Numbered from the stretch's first letter, positions 28,001 through 36,587 are shown. The stretch: DNA of 64,000 nucleotides from an uncultured Clostridia bacterium (GCA_944383405.1 CALWPL010000002.1:2990-66989), one strand, 5' to 3'. Translations and numbers: made by a program. The notes: generated by a model from the letters alone, not told the origin.

Positions 28001-28472
28001 TACAAAAATTGGTTATAGAGCGTTTACTAATTGCAATTTAAAAACAATAACAGTAGATGAAAACAATACTGTGTATCATTCTAGTGGTAATTGTTTGATA
28101 GAGACATCGACAAAGACTTTAATTGCTGGAAGTGCTAATTCTGTGATACCTAGCGATGGCAGTGTAACAATTATTGGAGAAAATGCGTTTTTTGGTTGCC
28201 AAGAAGTGTCAAATATTACTTTAATATTGCCAGAAACGATAGAAACGATTTCTTCATTTGCATTTCAAAATAGTGGTTTTACCAGTATTGTTGTACCAGA
28301 AAGTATTAATTATATTGATGATGGGGCTTTCCTTTATTCAAGTGTTACATTATATTTTAATGTATCAAGTAGTGAAGCGAGTAGTTGGGATTCGGGGTGG
28401 AATAGGTCAGTAGTAAATTCGTATTGGGTAGGGGAATGGAGTTTAGTTAATGGGGTGCCAACACCTAATTAA
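22029..28472 (+). CDS. Giant BspA-like LRR surface protein built of three complete LRR-protein modules (2147 aa)
   Basis: GGAG RBS and an N-terminal signal-anchor. Three modules (approx 22029-23615, 23616-27005, 27006-28472). Each has a ~110-aa head (FRIDG(V/I)VP...EFY(F/Y)FST...PIWY..P...LYS.FLTPN), LRR_5-type repeats, and a cap motif (WVDNWNPDSRPVYYFGDWEYDNGIPT / SGWHGSWNPLNRPVYWGGEWSYVDGVPVP / WDSGWNRSVVNSYWVGEWSLVNGVPTP). Confidence 0.85.
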   Translation: MTMKKQLLISTFFILLSVSLFVMSIYIALSAMNHSFDSSVNVGYEVEGRVVLQIVNNEGSNITYDNNKVVYDEDSGLFRIDGVVPEISLLARSSNMQVNNLDELTNSSNQEFYYFSTLKEVGTNSDESILKSQTRYYVSTEEDPIWYTVPETPIAVYSTFLTPNNMTGTQEETEGESVVVISHAVTSLSSSAFMGNSQIESVVIPNSVQSIESEVNTSTGVEEGAFLNCSNLTNVILPSSVENISAEAFSGSGEVSNATYDNANYLGNEANPYLILTSGLSSEISTINIHSDCEIIQSYAFNNYDNLTSVNLPSKIREIGVYAFSDCNKLESVVFSGTSLTEIKDNVFSDSGISSIIIPEGVEEIGYESFYACINLTEITLPSTLKVIDGSFGRCVKLESVTIPSSVTNIGRYAFNGCVKLEEVVLSSGLVVVDDEAFANCRRLTGIILPNTVTTIGTFAFDNCSSMNYVVIPESAVEIDNNAFMSCNNLIIYSETESELASWVDNWNPDSRPVYYFGDWEYDNGIPTHATISLGFVDNIGSDIEETNFEIVYNPSNRNEFRIDGIVPISNGQGGITNLSSLQNNLDQEFYFFSTDETWTLEENSQRYYASTEANPIWYQVPEERDVTLYSVFLTPNCFTGTQEDIGSNTDIVISHQVTTIPYNAFSDMGDNISNITSVIIPNSVTSIESEMDMVTGAMGGAFAMCTALTDVIIPSSVNYVGEMAFMFCTNAAKNIYDNGRYIGTEKNPYVVLVGVTDYDISFIDIYDECISIQGMSFVDMINDEQMCQNLTSVSIPSKVKNIGYGAFMQCMNLNSVTFEENSELEEIGIYAFTATGISSFTIPKGVKSIGVYAFTGCPNLESIIVEEDSELEEIGMYAFAVTGISSFTIPKGVKSIGMLAFAECPNLTSITVEEGNEYYSSQGNCLIATATKTLIAGCKNSVIPTDGSVTSIGSGAFSGYSGLTSIVIPDSVTSIGESAFSGCSGLTNVKISEGVTSIGERAFEDCASLTSITIPSSIQSIDSNAFYECYRLVEIYNLSQNIDIVIGNSSNGYIGYYAIGVHTSLDIPTGIYNEGEYVMYSYNNIHYLIGYNGNSKELELPTTSNYNYIINKYAFSSNKEITKVEIPNCVTSIGISAFSGCTNLISVTIPTNLEEIGSSAFYNDYRLIEVYNQSSLDIQKGKTSHGYIGYYAKNIYTSSTGTTNLKQVGQYLMYEDSVNNEYYLLSYLGSEEEITLPTTSYNYGIYDYAFYQNQVLTNVTIPNCVTEIGEHAFDSCINLTSVNIGVNNNLLKLIDAYAFYQCMNLQQVTLPNGLERIEEYAFIDTQLTSIHFPSSLQYIGVNSFRSIPTLSEITFGENSQLTTIDSYAFEGASITSIIIPSGITSIEGILRNCRNLISVTLPEGLITIGYSAFSGCISLESIDIPNNVTTIGSSAFEGCTNLKNIDLPNNVTTIESSAFADCTSLENIEIPNGIISIGTSVFSNCTKLVGYEYGNGKYIGTSSNHYLVLIDLIGENINTLTIHSSCKFLAMPTSSWDNDSAFDKLQHIIFDDNSSIEVLSNRLFYEAENLLSIDFGENSSLTTIDDFLFNGCTGLTYIVIPESVTTIDWGAFDDCSNLTIYCEAESKPSGWHGSWNPLNRPVYWGGEWSYVDGVPVPSIISLSFMDNGGSDVNAENFKIVYSQDGTQFRIDGVVPNVSGESITNLASLQNNNLDEFYFFSTDNTWTVQEDTDRFYASSEDSPIWYDIPQEKVTLYSIFLTPNCTDGETCSSSNVVISHRVVALPNNAFMENTTITSVILPNSIKRIDTLSDMYNMVTNYPFAMCSNLEYVIIPSSIEYIGGEAFMMGTNLTTKSYGNGVYIGNEKTDYLILIAASSTSITTLNVHEDCISIAGMACYFDINSGSNAQLLNLKTVNISSNVKAIGYGAFMASNNITAINIPEDSLLETISSGAFGATAITSITIPSSVTTIGDMAFDSCGELESIHIPANVTKIGYRAFTNCNLKTITVDENNTVYHSSGNCLIETSTKTLIAGSANSVIPSDGSVTIIGENAFFGCQEVSNITLILPETIETISSFAFQNSGFTSIVVPESINYIDDGAFLYSSVTLYFNVSSSEASSWDSGWNRSVVNSYWVGEWSLVNGVPTPN
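24495..24721 (+). repeat. Intragenic tandem duplication (86-bp cores at 24495-24580 and 24636-24721, 141-bp period)
   Basis: tcagagttagaagaaatagg...aaaggtgttaaaagtatagg is repeated with about 6 substitutions (protein ELEEIG(I/M)YAF..TGISSFTIPKGVKSIG). Confidence 0.8.
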
Positions 28473-28513
28473 TAGAAGTGTAGATTTGTCTGAAAGTTTT
28501 TTAAAGGAGATTA

Positions 28514-28548
28514 AAAAAACTCTATGAGAAATTTCTCATAGAGTTTTA
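28514..28548. terminator. Bidirectional rho-independent terminator between convergent genes
   Basis: Perfect palindrome aactctatgaga-aatt-tctcatagagtt, flanked by an A-run upstream and a T-run downstream. Confidence 0.8.
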
Positions 28549-28648
28549 ATATTGTATAAAGACTAATAAAAAAACAAAACAGTGTGATTAATTTATAATT
28601 CTAATTTGGTAGACAATTAGAGTTGTTTTATATTTTGTAATAAGTAAA

Positions 28649-29422
28649 TTAGTTGCGTTTTGAGTAGATTGTTAATTCTGCGAGTTTGCCAAAGCGTTTT
28701 GCAAGGTCAATATGTTTTTTTGTAATTACAGTATCTTGTTTTATTAATAAGTCATTATTTAGTGTATAAATTGCTTTAAGTGATTTTCTTCCAAGCAAAA
28801 AGTCTGTATTGCCAAAGACTTTTTGCGGGGCTGGGGTTGAGTCTATTTTAAAGTTAGAATTGTTTGTTTGAGTTTGATTTTTTTCGTCAACAATAGATTC
28901 AATTTGTGGCGCCATAATGGTTACTTTTTCATTTGATGATTGTGGAATAGGTGTATTTAATATATTTGTTTTAGGTTTAAAGTTTGAAATAGACACCTGC
29001 TTGTCTGTTTGATTAATAATTATACTTTCTTTAACATTTACTATTTGGTTTGGAGAAAATGTCGAGATTGTAGTTTTAAATAGTTTAGTGTTTAATTTTT
29101 CATCTAGTTCAATATCTGTTAGTTTGCCAAGATAGTTGCCTGTTATGGAGTAGACATCAAGATTGAGCGGATTGTTACTATTTATTTCAATTTGGTTGAT
29201 TATTGGAATTATTGCCTGACTATTTCGTATGACGATGCTGTCTGAAATTGCGTAAATTTTAGTTGATAAAATTTCGTATTCTTCATCTGTTTCATCAAAC
29301 ATTTTAAAGTATTTAATTTTTTTGTATTTATCATCAAAAAAAGCATCTACGATTACGCCTTCTATTTTTCCAGAATATAGATTGAGAACTTTTTTTGATA
29401 TAATTTCACTTATTAGATTCAT
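28649..29422 (-). CDS. Hypothetical protein with PRC-barrel-like N-terminal repeats
   Basis: Start moved to the ATG at 29422, preceded by AGGGAG; the ORF-track start at 29452 has no RBS. KKVLNLYSGKIEGVIVDAFFD...YFKM and VYSITGNYLGKLTDIELD resemble YlmC/YmxH-type PRC barrels, but the call is weak. Confidence 0.4.
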   Translation of the reverse strand: MNLISEIISKKVLNLYSGKIEGVIVDAFFDDKYKKIKYFKMFDETDEEYEILSTKIYAISDSIVIRNSQAIIPIINQIEINSNNPLNLDVYSITGNYLGKLTDIELDEKLNTKLFKTTISTFSPNQIVNVKESIIINQTDKQVSISNFKPKTNILNTPIPQSSNEKVTIMAPQIESIVDEKNQTQTNNSNFKIDSTPAPQKVFGNTDFLLGRKSLKAIYTLNNDLLIKQDTVITKKHIDLAKRFGKLAELTIYSKRN

Positions 29423-29689
29423 TTCTTCTCCCTTTAAAAAATGGTATGTCAATACTTAAATATATGAATATTTCAAGGGTATTATTAATTTTTTTAAAGA
29501 TTAAAAATTAGATTTTATAACAAAAATTTAGGTAGTTTGACGAAATTTTGTTTAAAAGGTATAAAACTTTGTAATTGGGTTGAGAGATGAGGCTTATAAA
29601 AGAAAAGGCACGGAGAGAAAAAAGTAAAATAAAAATAATGTGTAAAAGTTGTAGCAATTTTTAAAAGACTATGTTAAACTTAAAACAAG

Positions 29690-31018
29690 ATGTGGTTAGT
29701 AGATAAAATAAAAAAAATGTTTAAAAAGGAGATAAAAATAAATGAAAAAGACAGGGGAAAAATTGTTTCTCTTGTAAAACTCAAAAATGGCGTCATAAAA
29801 CTTGGTTCGGATATAAGGGTAGAAGAAGACTATAATGCAGCAATAGTTTATTACAACCATGTGTGTGATATATTAGTTCCTGGCATTCATACTTTCAGTG
29901 AAAACACTATTCCAAAGGTTTATATGCTTTACTATAAAAGTGTAAGAAAAGACGGAGTATCAATGCCTGACTCTGTTAGAAATGCTGATTTATATTTTGT
30001 TAATCTTAATGAATTTGACGAGTTAAAATTTAGGACTACTCAAAAGACTACTTCAAAGACAAATGGGATTAAGTCTAAGATTAAAATTTTTGGTAAGTAT
30101 ACAATAAAGGTTAGCGATACTGAAAAGTTTATGAGTTTTTTAAGCAAGCAATATGCTATTGTGCAAAACAAAAAGGTTTTTAGTGAAGTAACATTTATTG
30201 CAAATGAAAAGATAAATAGTATTCTTGCAAAGGCAAGTTTTAGTTTTGAAACATTCTTTTTAAAAAAAGAAGAGTTAAAGGCGTTTTTACTAAGCAATTT
30301 AAAGGCGGAGATTGAAGGGTTTGGTTTTACTATAACAGATATTGAAATACTTGATATTGAAGTCCCTAAGAAAATGCTTACATTAAAGTTGAGCCTTGAA
30401 GGAAATCAAAAATTAGAAGTTGAGGGCGAGCCTGTTTTGAAGCGAGAGAGCGTAGAAGAAGATTTAATAGAACCTGCAGCAACAGAAAATAACATTAATG
30501 AAAATGGGGATAAGCAAACAATTTCTAGTAATAATAGTGATTTTTCTGAGAATAAAAATGAAACTAGTTTCGAAACGCCATCGCAAGAAAGCAAGTTAGA
30601 AGAAGATGACAAGATTGTAAACATTGACAATTTATATAAAGAATTTCAAAAACAAGAAGAAAATATAAATAAGAATAATCAAACTAATTTTCAGGAGCCA
30701 AGTAGTTCTTATGTTAATCAACCTTCGCCTGACATTATTTTAAATAAGCAAAAACAGGAAAAGATAAGAAAGGACTTTAAAGATTTTAATTTACATAGAG
30801 AAGGTTATAGTAATTTATATAACACAGTAGATGATTATGTTATAAGTGATGCTCCACAAAAAAATCCAAGTTTGTTTGCTGAGTCAAAAGAGAAAAGCGA
30901 GAGCGAGGAAAAAGAAGAAATAGAAGAAAAGCCAAGAAGGCTTATAACTTGTGCTTGTTGTGGGGCAAAAAATTATGAAGGGGAAAAGGTGTGTTGTGTT
31001 TGTGGGAGTACTTTATAA
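29690..31018 (+). CDS. SPFH/Band-7-like (YdjI-type) protein with low-complexity linker and C-terminal zinc ribbon
   Basis: The N-terminal ~230 aa resemble the YdjI / virion-core-like SPFH family by eye. C-terminal CACCGAKNYEGEKVCCVCG zinc ribbon. The start codon is uncertain. Confidence 0.4.
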   Translation: MWLVDKIKKMFKKEIKINEKDRGKIVSLVKLKNGVIKLGSDIRVEEDYNAAIVYYNHVCDILVPGIHTFSENTIPKVYMLYYKSVRKDGVSMPDSVRNADLYFVNLNEFDELKFRTTQKTTSKTNGIKSKIKIFGKYTIKVSDTEKFMSFLSKQYAIVQNKKVFSEVTFIANEKINSILAKASFSFETFFLKKEELKAFLLSNLKAEIEGFGFTITDIEILDIEVPKKMLTLKLSLEGNQKLEVEGEPVLKRESVEEDLIEPAATENNINENGDKQTISSNNSDFSENKNETSFETPSQESKLEEDDKIVNIDNLYKEFQKQEENINKNNQTNFQEPSSSYVNQPSPDIILNKQKQEKIRKDFKDFNLHREGYSNLYNTVDDYVISDAPQKNPSLFAESKEKSESEEKEEIEEKPRRLITCACCGAKNYEGEKVCCVCGSTL

Positions 31019-31080
31019 AAAACTTGTTAAAAAATTTTTGATGTTGTATAATGTGAAAGTTTAAAAGGAGATTATTTAAA

Positions 31081-31275
31081 ATGGAAATAACAAAAGATAC
31101 TACACTTGGAGACATTCTTGACAATTACAAAAACGCAAAGGAAGTATTGACAAACTTTGGAATGCATTGTTTTTCATGTCCTATGAGCAGAATGGAGACT
31201 GTGGAAGAAGCAGGGATGGTACATGGAATAGATGTTGATTTTATGGTAAAAAAATTAAAAGAAGAATTAAAGTAG
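31081..31275 (+). CDS. DUF1858 / hybrid-cluster-protein-associated redox disulfide protein
   Basis: 64 aa. ITKDTTLGDIL...FGMHCFSCPMSRMETVEEAGMVHGID matches the DUF1858 CxxC signature. Confidence 0.7.
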   Translation: MEITKDTTLGDILDNYKNAKEVLTNFGMHCFSCPMSRMETVEEAGMVHGIDVDFMVKKLKEELK

Positions 31276-31328
31276 AATAATTTATTTAAAATTACTCAAC
31301 CTATTATTAAAAAAGGGGGGGGAGTAAG

Positions 31329-31499
31329 ATGAAGAAAAAATCTATTTTAAATGTTTGTTGTGATGTGGATTCCTGTGTGCACAATCTTGACGGATGTGCT
31401 TGCAAAAAGAATGGAATTAAAATCACAAAGGATATTGAAAATGAAACTGCACATTATTGTGAGTCTTATGAAAAAAAGTGTGGGTTTAGAATTGAGTAA
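31329..31499 (+). CDS. DUF1540-type small Cys-rich protein (56 aa, below the ORF-track cutoff)
   Basis: Hand translation gives MKKKSILNVCCDVDSCVHNLDGCACKKNGIKITKDIENETAHYCESYEKKCGFRIE*. A G8AG Shine-Dalgarno lies 6 nt upstream. The Cys pattern matches the 4333-4650 protein. Confidence 0.6.
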   Translation: MKKKSILNVCCDVDSCVHNLDGCACKKNGIKITKDIENETAHYCESYEKKCGFRIE

Positions 31500-31521
31500 A
31501 AACATTAATTAGTTTATATAA

Positions 31522-31556
31522 AAAGAGGCTTATCTATATGATGGGTCTCTTTTTTA
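31522..31556 (+). terminator. Possible terminator after the small Cys-protein genes
   Basis: aagag...ctctt stem, then T6. The stem is imperfect. Confidence 0.35.
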
Positions 31557-31771
31557 ATTAATAGTATAATATAAAAGTTATTTAATAACATATTACTTGT
31601 GGCTTTTTGGGGTAATTAAACTTAGTTTGCCTAAGTCTTATTTTGAATTTTATTAGTTTAGAAAATTGTCAAAAAGTATATTTTTTTTAAATTAAAAAAC
31701 AAGATAAATTGTGCAGTTTGCACAAAGTTTATAAAAAGTTGTATAAGAAAGAAAAAATGATAAAAAAGGGG

Positions 31772-31800
31772 TTGACGAAAGAAATTTTGTGTAGTAAAAT
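31772..31800 (+). promoter_or_regulatory. Sigma-A type promoter of the S10 operon (TTGACG-17 nt-TAAAAT)
   Basis: ttgacg at 31772-31777 and taaaat at 31795-31800, about 200 nt upstream of rpsJ. Confidence 0.5.
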
Positions 31801-31904
31801 TGCCTTACCGTGAAAAATAGGGTTGAAGCATAAAGTTACTATTTTTAGCAACAAAAATAGAGAATTTATGTGGACTAGTTTGAATTAAATTCAAGCGGGC
31901 TGAC

Positions 31905-31938
31905 AAAAATCTTTAAAAAATAAAAGATTTTTTTTAAA
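31905..31938 (+). promoter_or_regulatory. AU-rich hairpin + U-run in the S10 leader (possible attenuator)
   Basis: aaatcttt (31907-31914) pairs with aaagattt (31923-30), extendable by A-run/U-run pairing, followed by T-run to 31935. A second hairpin tcaatac/gtattga lies at 31944-31976, just before the RBS. Confidence 0.35.
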
Positions 31939-32002
31939 GAGTTTCAATACGGAACACACGGTCAAGTGTATTGAATTAGTCAGTATGGGTAAAGGAGAGT
32001 AT

Positions 32003-32311
32003 ATGGCAACACAAAAAATTAGAATCAAATTAAAGTCTTATGACCACAACTTGATAGACCTTGCAACAAGCAGAATAATGGATGCTGCAAGTAAGTCTGG
32101 TTCAAAGGTTGCAGGACCAATACCACTACCAACAGAAAAAGAAGTGGTAACAATTATTAGAGCACCTCATAAATACAAAGATAGTCGTGAGCAATTTGAG
32201 ATGCGAACACACAAAAGGATAATTGATATTTACACACCTTCAAGCAAGGCTGTTGACGCACTTATGAAACTTGATTTGCCAGCAGGGGTTGATATCAATA
32301 TCAAATTATAA
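32003..32311 (+). CDS. rpsJ: 30S ribosomal protein S10
   Basis: Start set at the ATG preceded by AAAGGAGAG. The sequence [12 protein letters not shown]...PIPLPT...[20 protein letters not shown] is canonical. Confidence 0.96.
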   Translation: MATQKIRIKLKSYDHNLIDLATSRIMDAASKSGSKVAGPIPLPTEKEVVTIIRAPHKYKDSREQFEMRTHKRIIDIYTPSSKAVDALMKLDLPAGVDINIKL

Positions 32312-32335
32312 AAGGTCGAAGAAAGGAGATAAAAA

Positions 32336-32974
32336 ATGAGTAAAGCAATTCTTGGTAAAAAATTAGGAATGACACAAGTTTTCGACCTTGATGGTAAGGT
32401 TACTCCAGTTACAGTTATTGAGGCAGGCCCTTGTGTAGTAGTTCAAAAAAAGACCGTGGATAAAGATGGCTACGAAGCAGTGGTGGTTGCTTTTGGGAAG
32501 ACAAAAGAAAAGAGCAAGAATAAACCTGAACTTGGAGTTTTCAAGAAAGCATCAGTTGAACCTAAGAAATATCTTAGAGAACTTAAAGTTGACAACTATG
32601 CAGAACTTGATGTCGGAAGTGAGATTAAGTGTTCTGTTTTTAAAGATGGGGACTTAGTTGATGTTACAGGGACAACAAAGGGACATGGGTTTAGCGGTAC
32701 TATTAAGAGATGGAATGCTAGAAGACTTAAAATGTCTCATGGTACAGGACCTGTTCACAGATCAGTTGGTGGTTTAAGTGCAAACTCAACACCAAGCAGG
32801 GTTTTTAAAAATCACAAGATGCCTGGTCAATTTGGTAACGATAGGGTTACAAAACAGAATTTAAAAGTCGTAAAAGTTGATGAAGAAAGAAATCTTATTA
32901 TGGTAAAGGGAAGCGTTCCTGGACATAAAGATGGACTTGTATCAATTTGCAGTGCAAAGAAAGTTGCAAGATAA
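32336..32974 (+). CDS. rplC: 50S ribosomal protein L3
   Basis: [12 protein letters not shown]...[11 protein letters not shown]...[12 protein letters not shown], in the conserved operon position. Confidence 0.96.
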   Translation: MSKAILGKKLGMTQVFDLDGKVTPVTVIEAGPCVVVQKKTVDKDGYEAVVVAFGKTKEKSKNKPELGVFKKASVEPKKYLRELKVDNYAELDVGSEIKCSVFKDGDLVDVTGTTKGHGFSGTIKRWNARRLKMSHGTGPVHRSVGGLSANSTPSRVFKNHKMPGQFGNDRVTKQNLKVVKVDEERNLIMVKGSVPGHKDGLVSICSAKKVAR

Positions 32975-32987
32975 GGAGTAGTTAAAA

Positions 32988-33614
32988 ATGCCTAGAATAA
33001 AAGTTTATAATACAAAAGCAGAAGTTGTAGGTCAAACTACTCTTAGTGATGAAGTATTTGGCTGTGAGTATAATGAGCCACTTATTCATCAAGTAATAGT
33101 TGCTTACAACAACAATCAAAGACAAGGAACAAAGTCGACACTTCTTCGTAGCGAAGTAAGGGGACACGCTAAAAAACCTTGGAGACAAAAAGGAACAGGT
33201 AGAGCAAGACAAGGTTCGACAAAGTCAGCACAGTGGAAAGGCGGCGGAATAATATTTGCGCCAAAGCCAAGAGATTTTTCACAAAAGATTAACAAGAAAA
33301 TGAAGGTCGCTGCTTTTAAGAGTGCAATTAGTGCAAAACTTGCTGATAGTGAAATAATTGTTCTTGACAAACTTGAAGTTGAAGAGCCAAAGACAAAGTT
33401 ATTTAAGGAAATAATGAATAACTTTGAAATTGGAAACAAGAATGTAATGTTTGTTTTGGCAGAGAAAAATGACAATGTTATGCGTGCTTCAAACAATATT
33501 TTGAATGCTCATATTACTTATGCAGATGTTCTTGGAACTTATGACATTGTAAGTAATTCAAAACTATACATTACAAAAGACGCAATAAAGAAAATAGAGG
33601 AGGCTTATAAATAA
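32988..33614 (+). CDS. rplD: 50S ribosomal protein L4
   Basis: [30 protein letters not shown] motif, in the conserved operon position. Confidence 0.96.
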   Translation: MPRIKVYNTKAEVVGQTTLSDEVFGCEYNEPLIHQVIVAYNNNQRQGTKSTLLRSEVRGHAKKPWRQKGTGRARQGSTKSAQWKGGGIIFAPKPRDFSQKINKKMKVAAFKSAISAKLADSEIIVLDKLEVEEPKTKLFKEIMNNFEIGNKNVMFVLAEKNDNVMRASNNILNAHITYADVLGTYDIVSNSKLYITKDAIKKIEEAYK

Positions 33615-33916
33615 TGAATGCCTACGATATTATAAAAAGGCCACTATTATCTGAAAAGAGTTATGCAACAATTCCAGACAAAAAATACACATTTATTGTT
33701 GACATTAATGCTAACAAAATTCAGATTAAGCAAGCCGTAGAACAAATTTTTAAAGTTAAAGTTAAGCAAGTGAACACCTTGATTGTTAAGGGTAAAGTAA
33801 AGACTCAGAATACAAAACAGGGCAGAAGCGTTGGTAGAACAAGCGATTACAAGAAAGCGATTGTTTGGCTAACAAAAGAAAGCAAGCCTATTGAGTTCTT
33901 TGAAAGTTTAAATTAA
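33614..33916 (+). CDS. rplW: 50S ribosomal protein L23
   Basis: TAATG overlap with rpl[13 protein letters not shown]...YTFIVD N-terminus. Confidence 0.95.
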   Translation: MNAYDIIKRPLLSEKSYATIPDKKYTFIVDINANKIQIKQAVEQIFKVKVKQVNTLIVKGKVKTQNTKQGRSVGRTSDYKKAIVWLTKESKPIEFFESLN

Positions 33917-33933
33917 GGTAGGAGAAAGAGAAA

Positions 33934-34761
33934 ATGGCAATAAAAAGACATAATCCAACCACACCTGCACAAAGATTTTTATCCACAGCAGATTTTTCGG
34001 ATCTTACAAAGAAAAAGCCAGAAAAATCACTTCTTTCCGTTAAGAATAAAAACGGAGGAAGAAATAATCAGGGTAGAATTACTGTAAGGCACAAAGGTGG
34101 CGGAAATAGACAAAAATACAGAGTTATTGAATTTAGAAGATTGCATGATAATGTGCCAGCAAAAGTAATTGCAATTGAGTATGATCCAAACAGGACTGCA
34201 AATATTGCTTTACTTCAATATGCTGATGGCGCAAAGTCATATATTCTTGCTCCTGTTGGGCTAAATATAGGCGACAAGGTTATGAGTGGAGAAGAAGTAG
34301 AAGTAAAAGTCGGAAATTGTATGCCTCTTAAAAATATTCCAGTAGGTAGTGTTGTTCATAATATTGAACTAAGACCAAAACAGGGTGCTGCAATTGCAAG
34401 GTCTGCGGGAATTTCTGCAAGACTTATGGCAAAAGAAGGCAAGTATGCAACAATTAAAATGCCTAGCGGAGAAATGAGACTTGTACTTGCTGAATGTAGA
34501 GCAACACTTGGTCAAGTTGGTAATGTAGACCATGAAATTATTTCAATTGGTAAGGCGGGAAGAAAAAGACACATGGGAGTTAGACCAACTGTTCGTGGTT
34601 CTGTTATGAATCCTAACGATCACCCACATGGTGGTGGTGAAGGTAAGTCTCCTATTGGTAAGGCTGGTCCTGTTACACCATGGGGTAAACCTGCTCTTGG
34701 TTATAAGACAAGAAATAAAAAGAAGAGCACTAATAAGTTCATTATTAGTAGCAGGTCATAA
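33934..34761 (+). CDS. rplB: 50S ribosomal protein L2
   Basis: [16 protein letters not shown]...YDPNRTA.IALL.Y.DG...[14 protein letters not shown]. Confidence 0.97.
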   Translation: MAIKRHNPTTPAQRFLSTADFSDLTKKKPEKSLLSVKNKNGGRNNQGRITVRHKGGGNRQKYRVIEFRRLHDNVPAKVIAIEYDPNRTANIALLQYADGAKSYILAPVGLNIGDKVMSGEEVEVKVGNCMPLKNIPVGSVVHNIELRPKQGAAIARSAGISARLMAKEGKYATIKMPSGEMRLVLAECRATLGQVGNVDHEIISIGKAGRKRHMGVRPTVRGSVMNPNDHPHGGGEGKSPIGKAGPVTPWGKPALGYKTRNKKKSTNKFIISSRS

Positions 34762-34781
34762 TTGAAGGGGAGTTGAAGAAG

Positions 34782-35057
34782 ATGAGTAGATCATTAAAGA
34801 AAAAACCTTATGTAGAACAAAGACTTTTCAACCGCATTAAGGCAATGAATGAGTCAAATACCAAAAAACCTGTTAAGACATGGTCAAGAGCATCGGTTAT
34901 CTATCCTGATTTTGTAGGGCATACGATTGCAGTTCATAATGGTAAGAAGCATATTCCTGTTTATTGTACAGCAGAAATGGTAGGACATAAACTTGGTGAG
35001 TTTGCTCCAACTAGAACTTTTAGAGGCCATGGTGCTGATAAGGTCAAGGGTAAATAA
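34782..35057 (+). CDS. rpsS: 30S ribosomal protein S19
   Basis: Start set at ATG 34782 ([11 protein letters not shown]), whereas the ORF-track start is an upstream [19 protein letters not shown]...[13 protein letters not shown]. Confidence 0.95.
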   Translation: MSRSLKKKPYVEQRLFNRIKAMNESNTKKPVKTWSRASVIYPDFVGHTIAVHNGKKHIPVYCTAEMVGHKLGEFAPTRTFRGHGADKVKGK

Positions 35058-35068
35058 GGAGAAAGACA

Positions 35069-35455
35069 ATGGCAAAAAGAATTAAAGAAAAAACTGAGAA
35101 AATAAATCAAAATAGGGACACTAGACCTTTTGCTAAGGCAACATATCTAAGAGTTAGTTCTTCTAAGGTTGATATTATTATGGATCTTGTTAGAGGTAAG
35201 AAATATAGTGATGCTGTTGCAATATTAAAGAATACACCTAACAAGTCAGCAAGTTTTGTTTGCAAGGTTATTGAATCAGCCGGAGCAAATGCAGAAAACA
35301 ATAAAGGGCTTAACAAGCAGGATTTATATGTCGCAGAAATTTATTCTGGGCAAGGACCTACCTATAAAAGACAAAACATTAGAGGTAGGGGCAGAGTTGA
35401 CCAAATTTTAAAAAGAACGAGCAATATAACTGTTATATTGGACGAGGTTAAGTAA
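35069..35455 (+). CDS. rplV: 50S ribosomal protein L22 (with ~18-aa N-terminal extension)
   Basis: [21 protein letters not shown]....A..IL core and operon position. Confidence 0.94.
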   Translation: MAKRIKEKTEKINQNRDTRPFAKATYLRVSSSKVDIIMDLVRGKKYSDAVAILKNTPNKSASFVCKVIESAGANAENNKGLNKQDLYVAEIYSGQGPTYKRQNIRGRGRVDQILKRTSNITVILDEVK

Positions 35456-35469
35456 GGAGAGAGCAGAGT

Positions 35470-36135
35470 ATGGGACAAAAAGTTAGTCCAAACGGACTTA
35501 GAGTTGGTATAAATAAGGGTTGGGATTCTTTGTGGTATGTTGGCAAAGGAGATTTTGCTAAAAACATTAAAGAAGACAACGATATTAGAAAATTTATCAA
35601 GAAAAAATATTATGCTTGCGCTATTTCAAGAATAGTTATTGAAAGAACTGCAAGGAGAGTTATTGTTAGCATTTACACTGCTCGCCCAGGTATTTTAATT
35701 GGTCAAAAGGGTGCTGGTGTTGAGGCTTTAAAGAAAGAACTTTTAAAAATGACGAAGGCAGAGTCAATTTCTATTAACATAAAAGAAATTAAAAACCCAG
35801 ATGCAGATGCGACTCTTATTGCTGAAAGCATTGCAAATCAACTTGAAAAGCGTGTTCATTTTAGGCGTGCTATGAAAATGGCAATGCAAAAGGCAATTAA
35901 GGCTGGTGTAAAGGGTATTAAAACTATGGTTGGTGGTAGACTTGATGGGGCTGATATTGCTAGAAGCGAACACTATCATCAAGGTAGCCTTCCACTTCAA
36001 ACTTTAAGAGCAGATATTGATTACGGTTTTGCAGAAGCAAAAACAACATTCGGTATCTTGGGGATTAAAGTTTGGGTTTACAAAGGAGAAATCCTAGAAA
36101 AAAAGACTCCTAATAAGAAAGGGGGTAAAGAATAA
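35470..36135 (+). CDS. rpsC: 30S ribosomal protein S3
   Basis: [14 protein letters not shown]...W.S.WY and KH-domain motifs. Confidence 0.97.
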   Translation: MGQKVSPNGLRVGINKGWDSLWYVGKGDFAKNIKEDNDIRKFIKKKYYACAISRIVIERTARRVIVSIYTARPGILIGQKGAGVEALKKELLKMTKAESISINIKEIKNPDADATLIAESIANQLEKRVHFRRAMKMAMQKAIKAGVKGIKTMVGGRLDGADIARSEHYHQGSLPLQTLRADIDYGFAEAKTTFGILGIKVWVYKGEILEKKTPNKKGGKE

Positions 36136-36587
36136 TGTTAATGCCAAAAAAGGTTAAGAGAAGAAAAGTTCATCGTGGCAGGATGAAAGGCATTGCAACT
36201 CGTGGGAATAAACTTGCTTACGGTGATTTTGGTTTAGTTACAACTGAACCTGCATGGATTACCTCAAATCAAATAGAAGCTGCTCGTATTGCTATGACAA
36301 GGTACACAAAGAGAGGCGGAAAGGTTTGGATAGATATTTTCCCAGATAAACCTATAACAAAGAAACCTGCCGAAACTCGTATGGGTAGTGGTAAGGGTAA
36401 TCCAGAGTATTGGGTAGCAGTAGTAAAGCCAGGTAGAGTGCTTTTTGAGATAAATGGAGTTAGCGAAGAGGTTGCAAGAGAAGCATTAAGGCTTGCTTCA
36501 CACAAACTTCCTTGTGTAACAAAAATTATCGCAAGAGAGACCACAAATTCGACTCAGGAAAATAGTGTAGAAGGTGGTGCAGTTTAA
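36135..36587 (+). CDS. rplP: 50S ribosomal protein L16
   Basis: [19 protein letters not shown]...G...FG, TAATG overlap with rpsC, short C-terminal extension. Confidence 0.96.
   Translation: MLMPKKVKRRKVHRGRMKGIATRGNKLAYGDFGLVTTEPAWITSNQIEAARIAMTRYTKRGGKVWIDIFPDKPITKKPAETRMGSGKGNPEYWVAVVKPGRVLFEINGVSEEVAREALRLASHKLPCVTKIIARETTNSTQENSVEGGAV

Noticed and set aside
29587-29664. 25-aa basic ORF (MRLIKEKARREKSKIKIMCKSCSNF) in the PRC/SPFH divergent spacer.
   Set aside because: It is too short, has only a weak RBS, and cannot be supported from sequence alone.
31315-31322. G8 run as a phase-variable switch.
   Set aside because: It is the Shine-Dalgarno itself. Length changes at its 5' side would not alter the SD-ATG spacing. 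G-rich SDs are common in this window (rplJ, the 11661 ORF, sipW). It is kept only as a note.
31985-32002. Upstream-extended starts given by the ORF track for rpsJ (31985), rpsS (34773), rpmD (40780), rpsM (44982), the SpoVT-like gene (57214), the MOP flippase (57744) and the PRC-like gene (29452).
   Set aside because: In each case an internal ATG with a properly spaced Shine-Dalgarno yields the conserved N-terminus. The extensions overlap upstream genes or lack an RBS.
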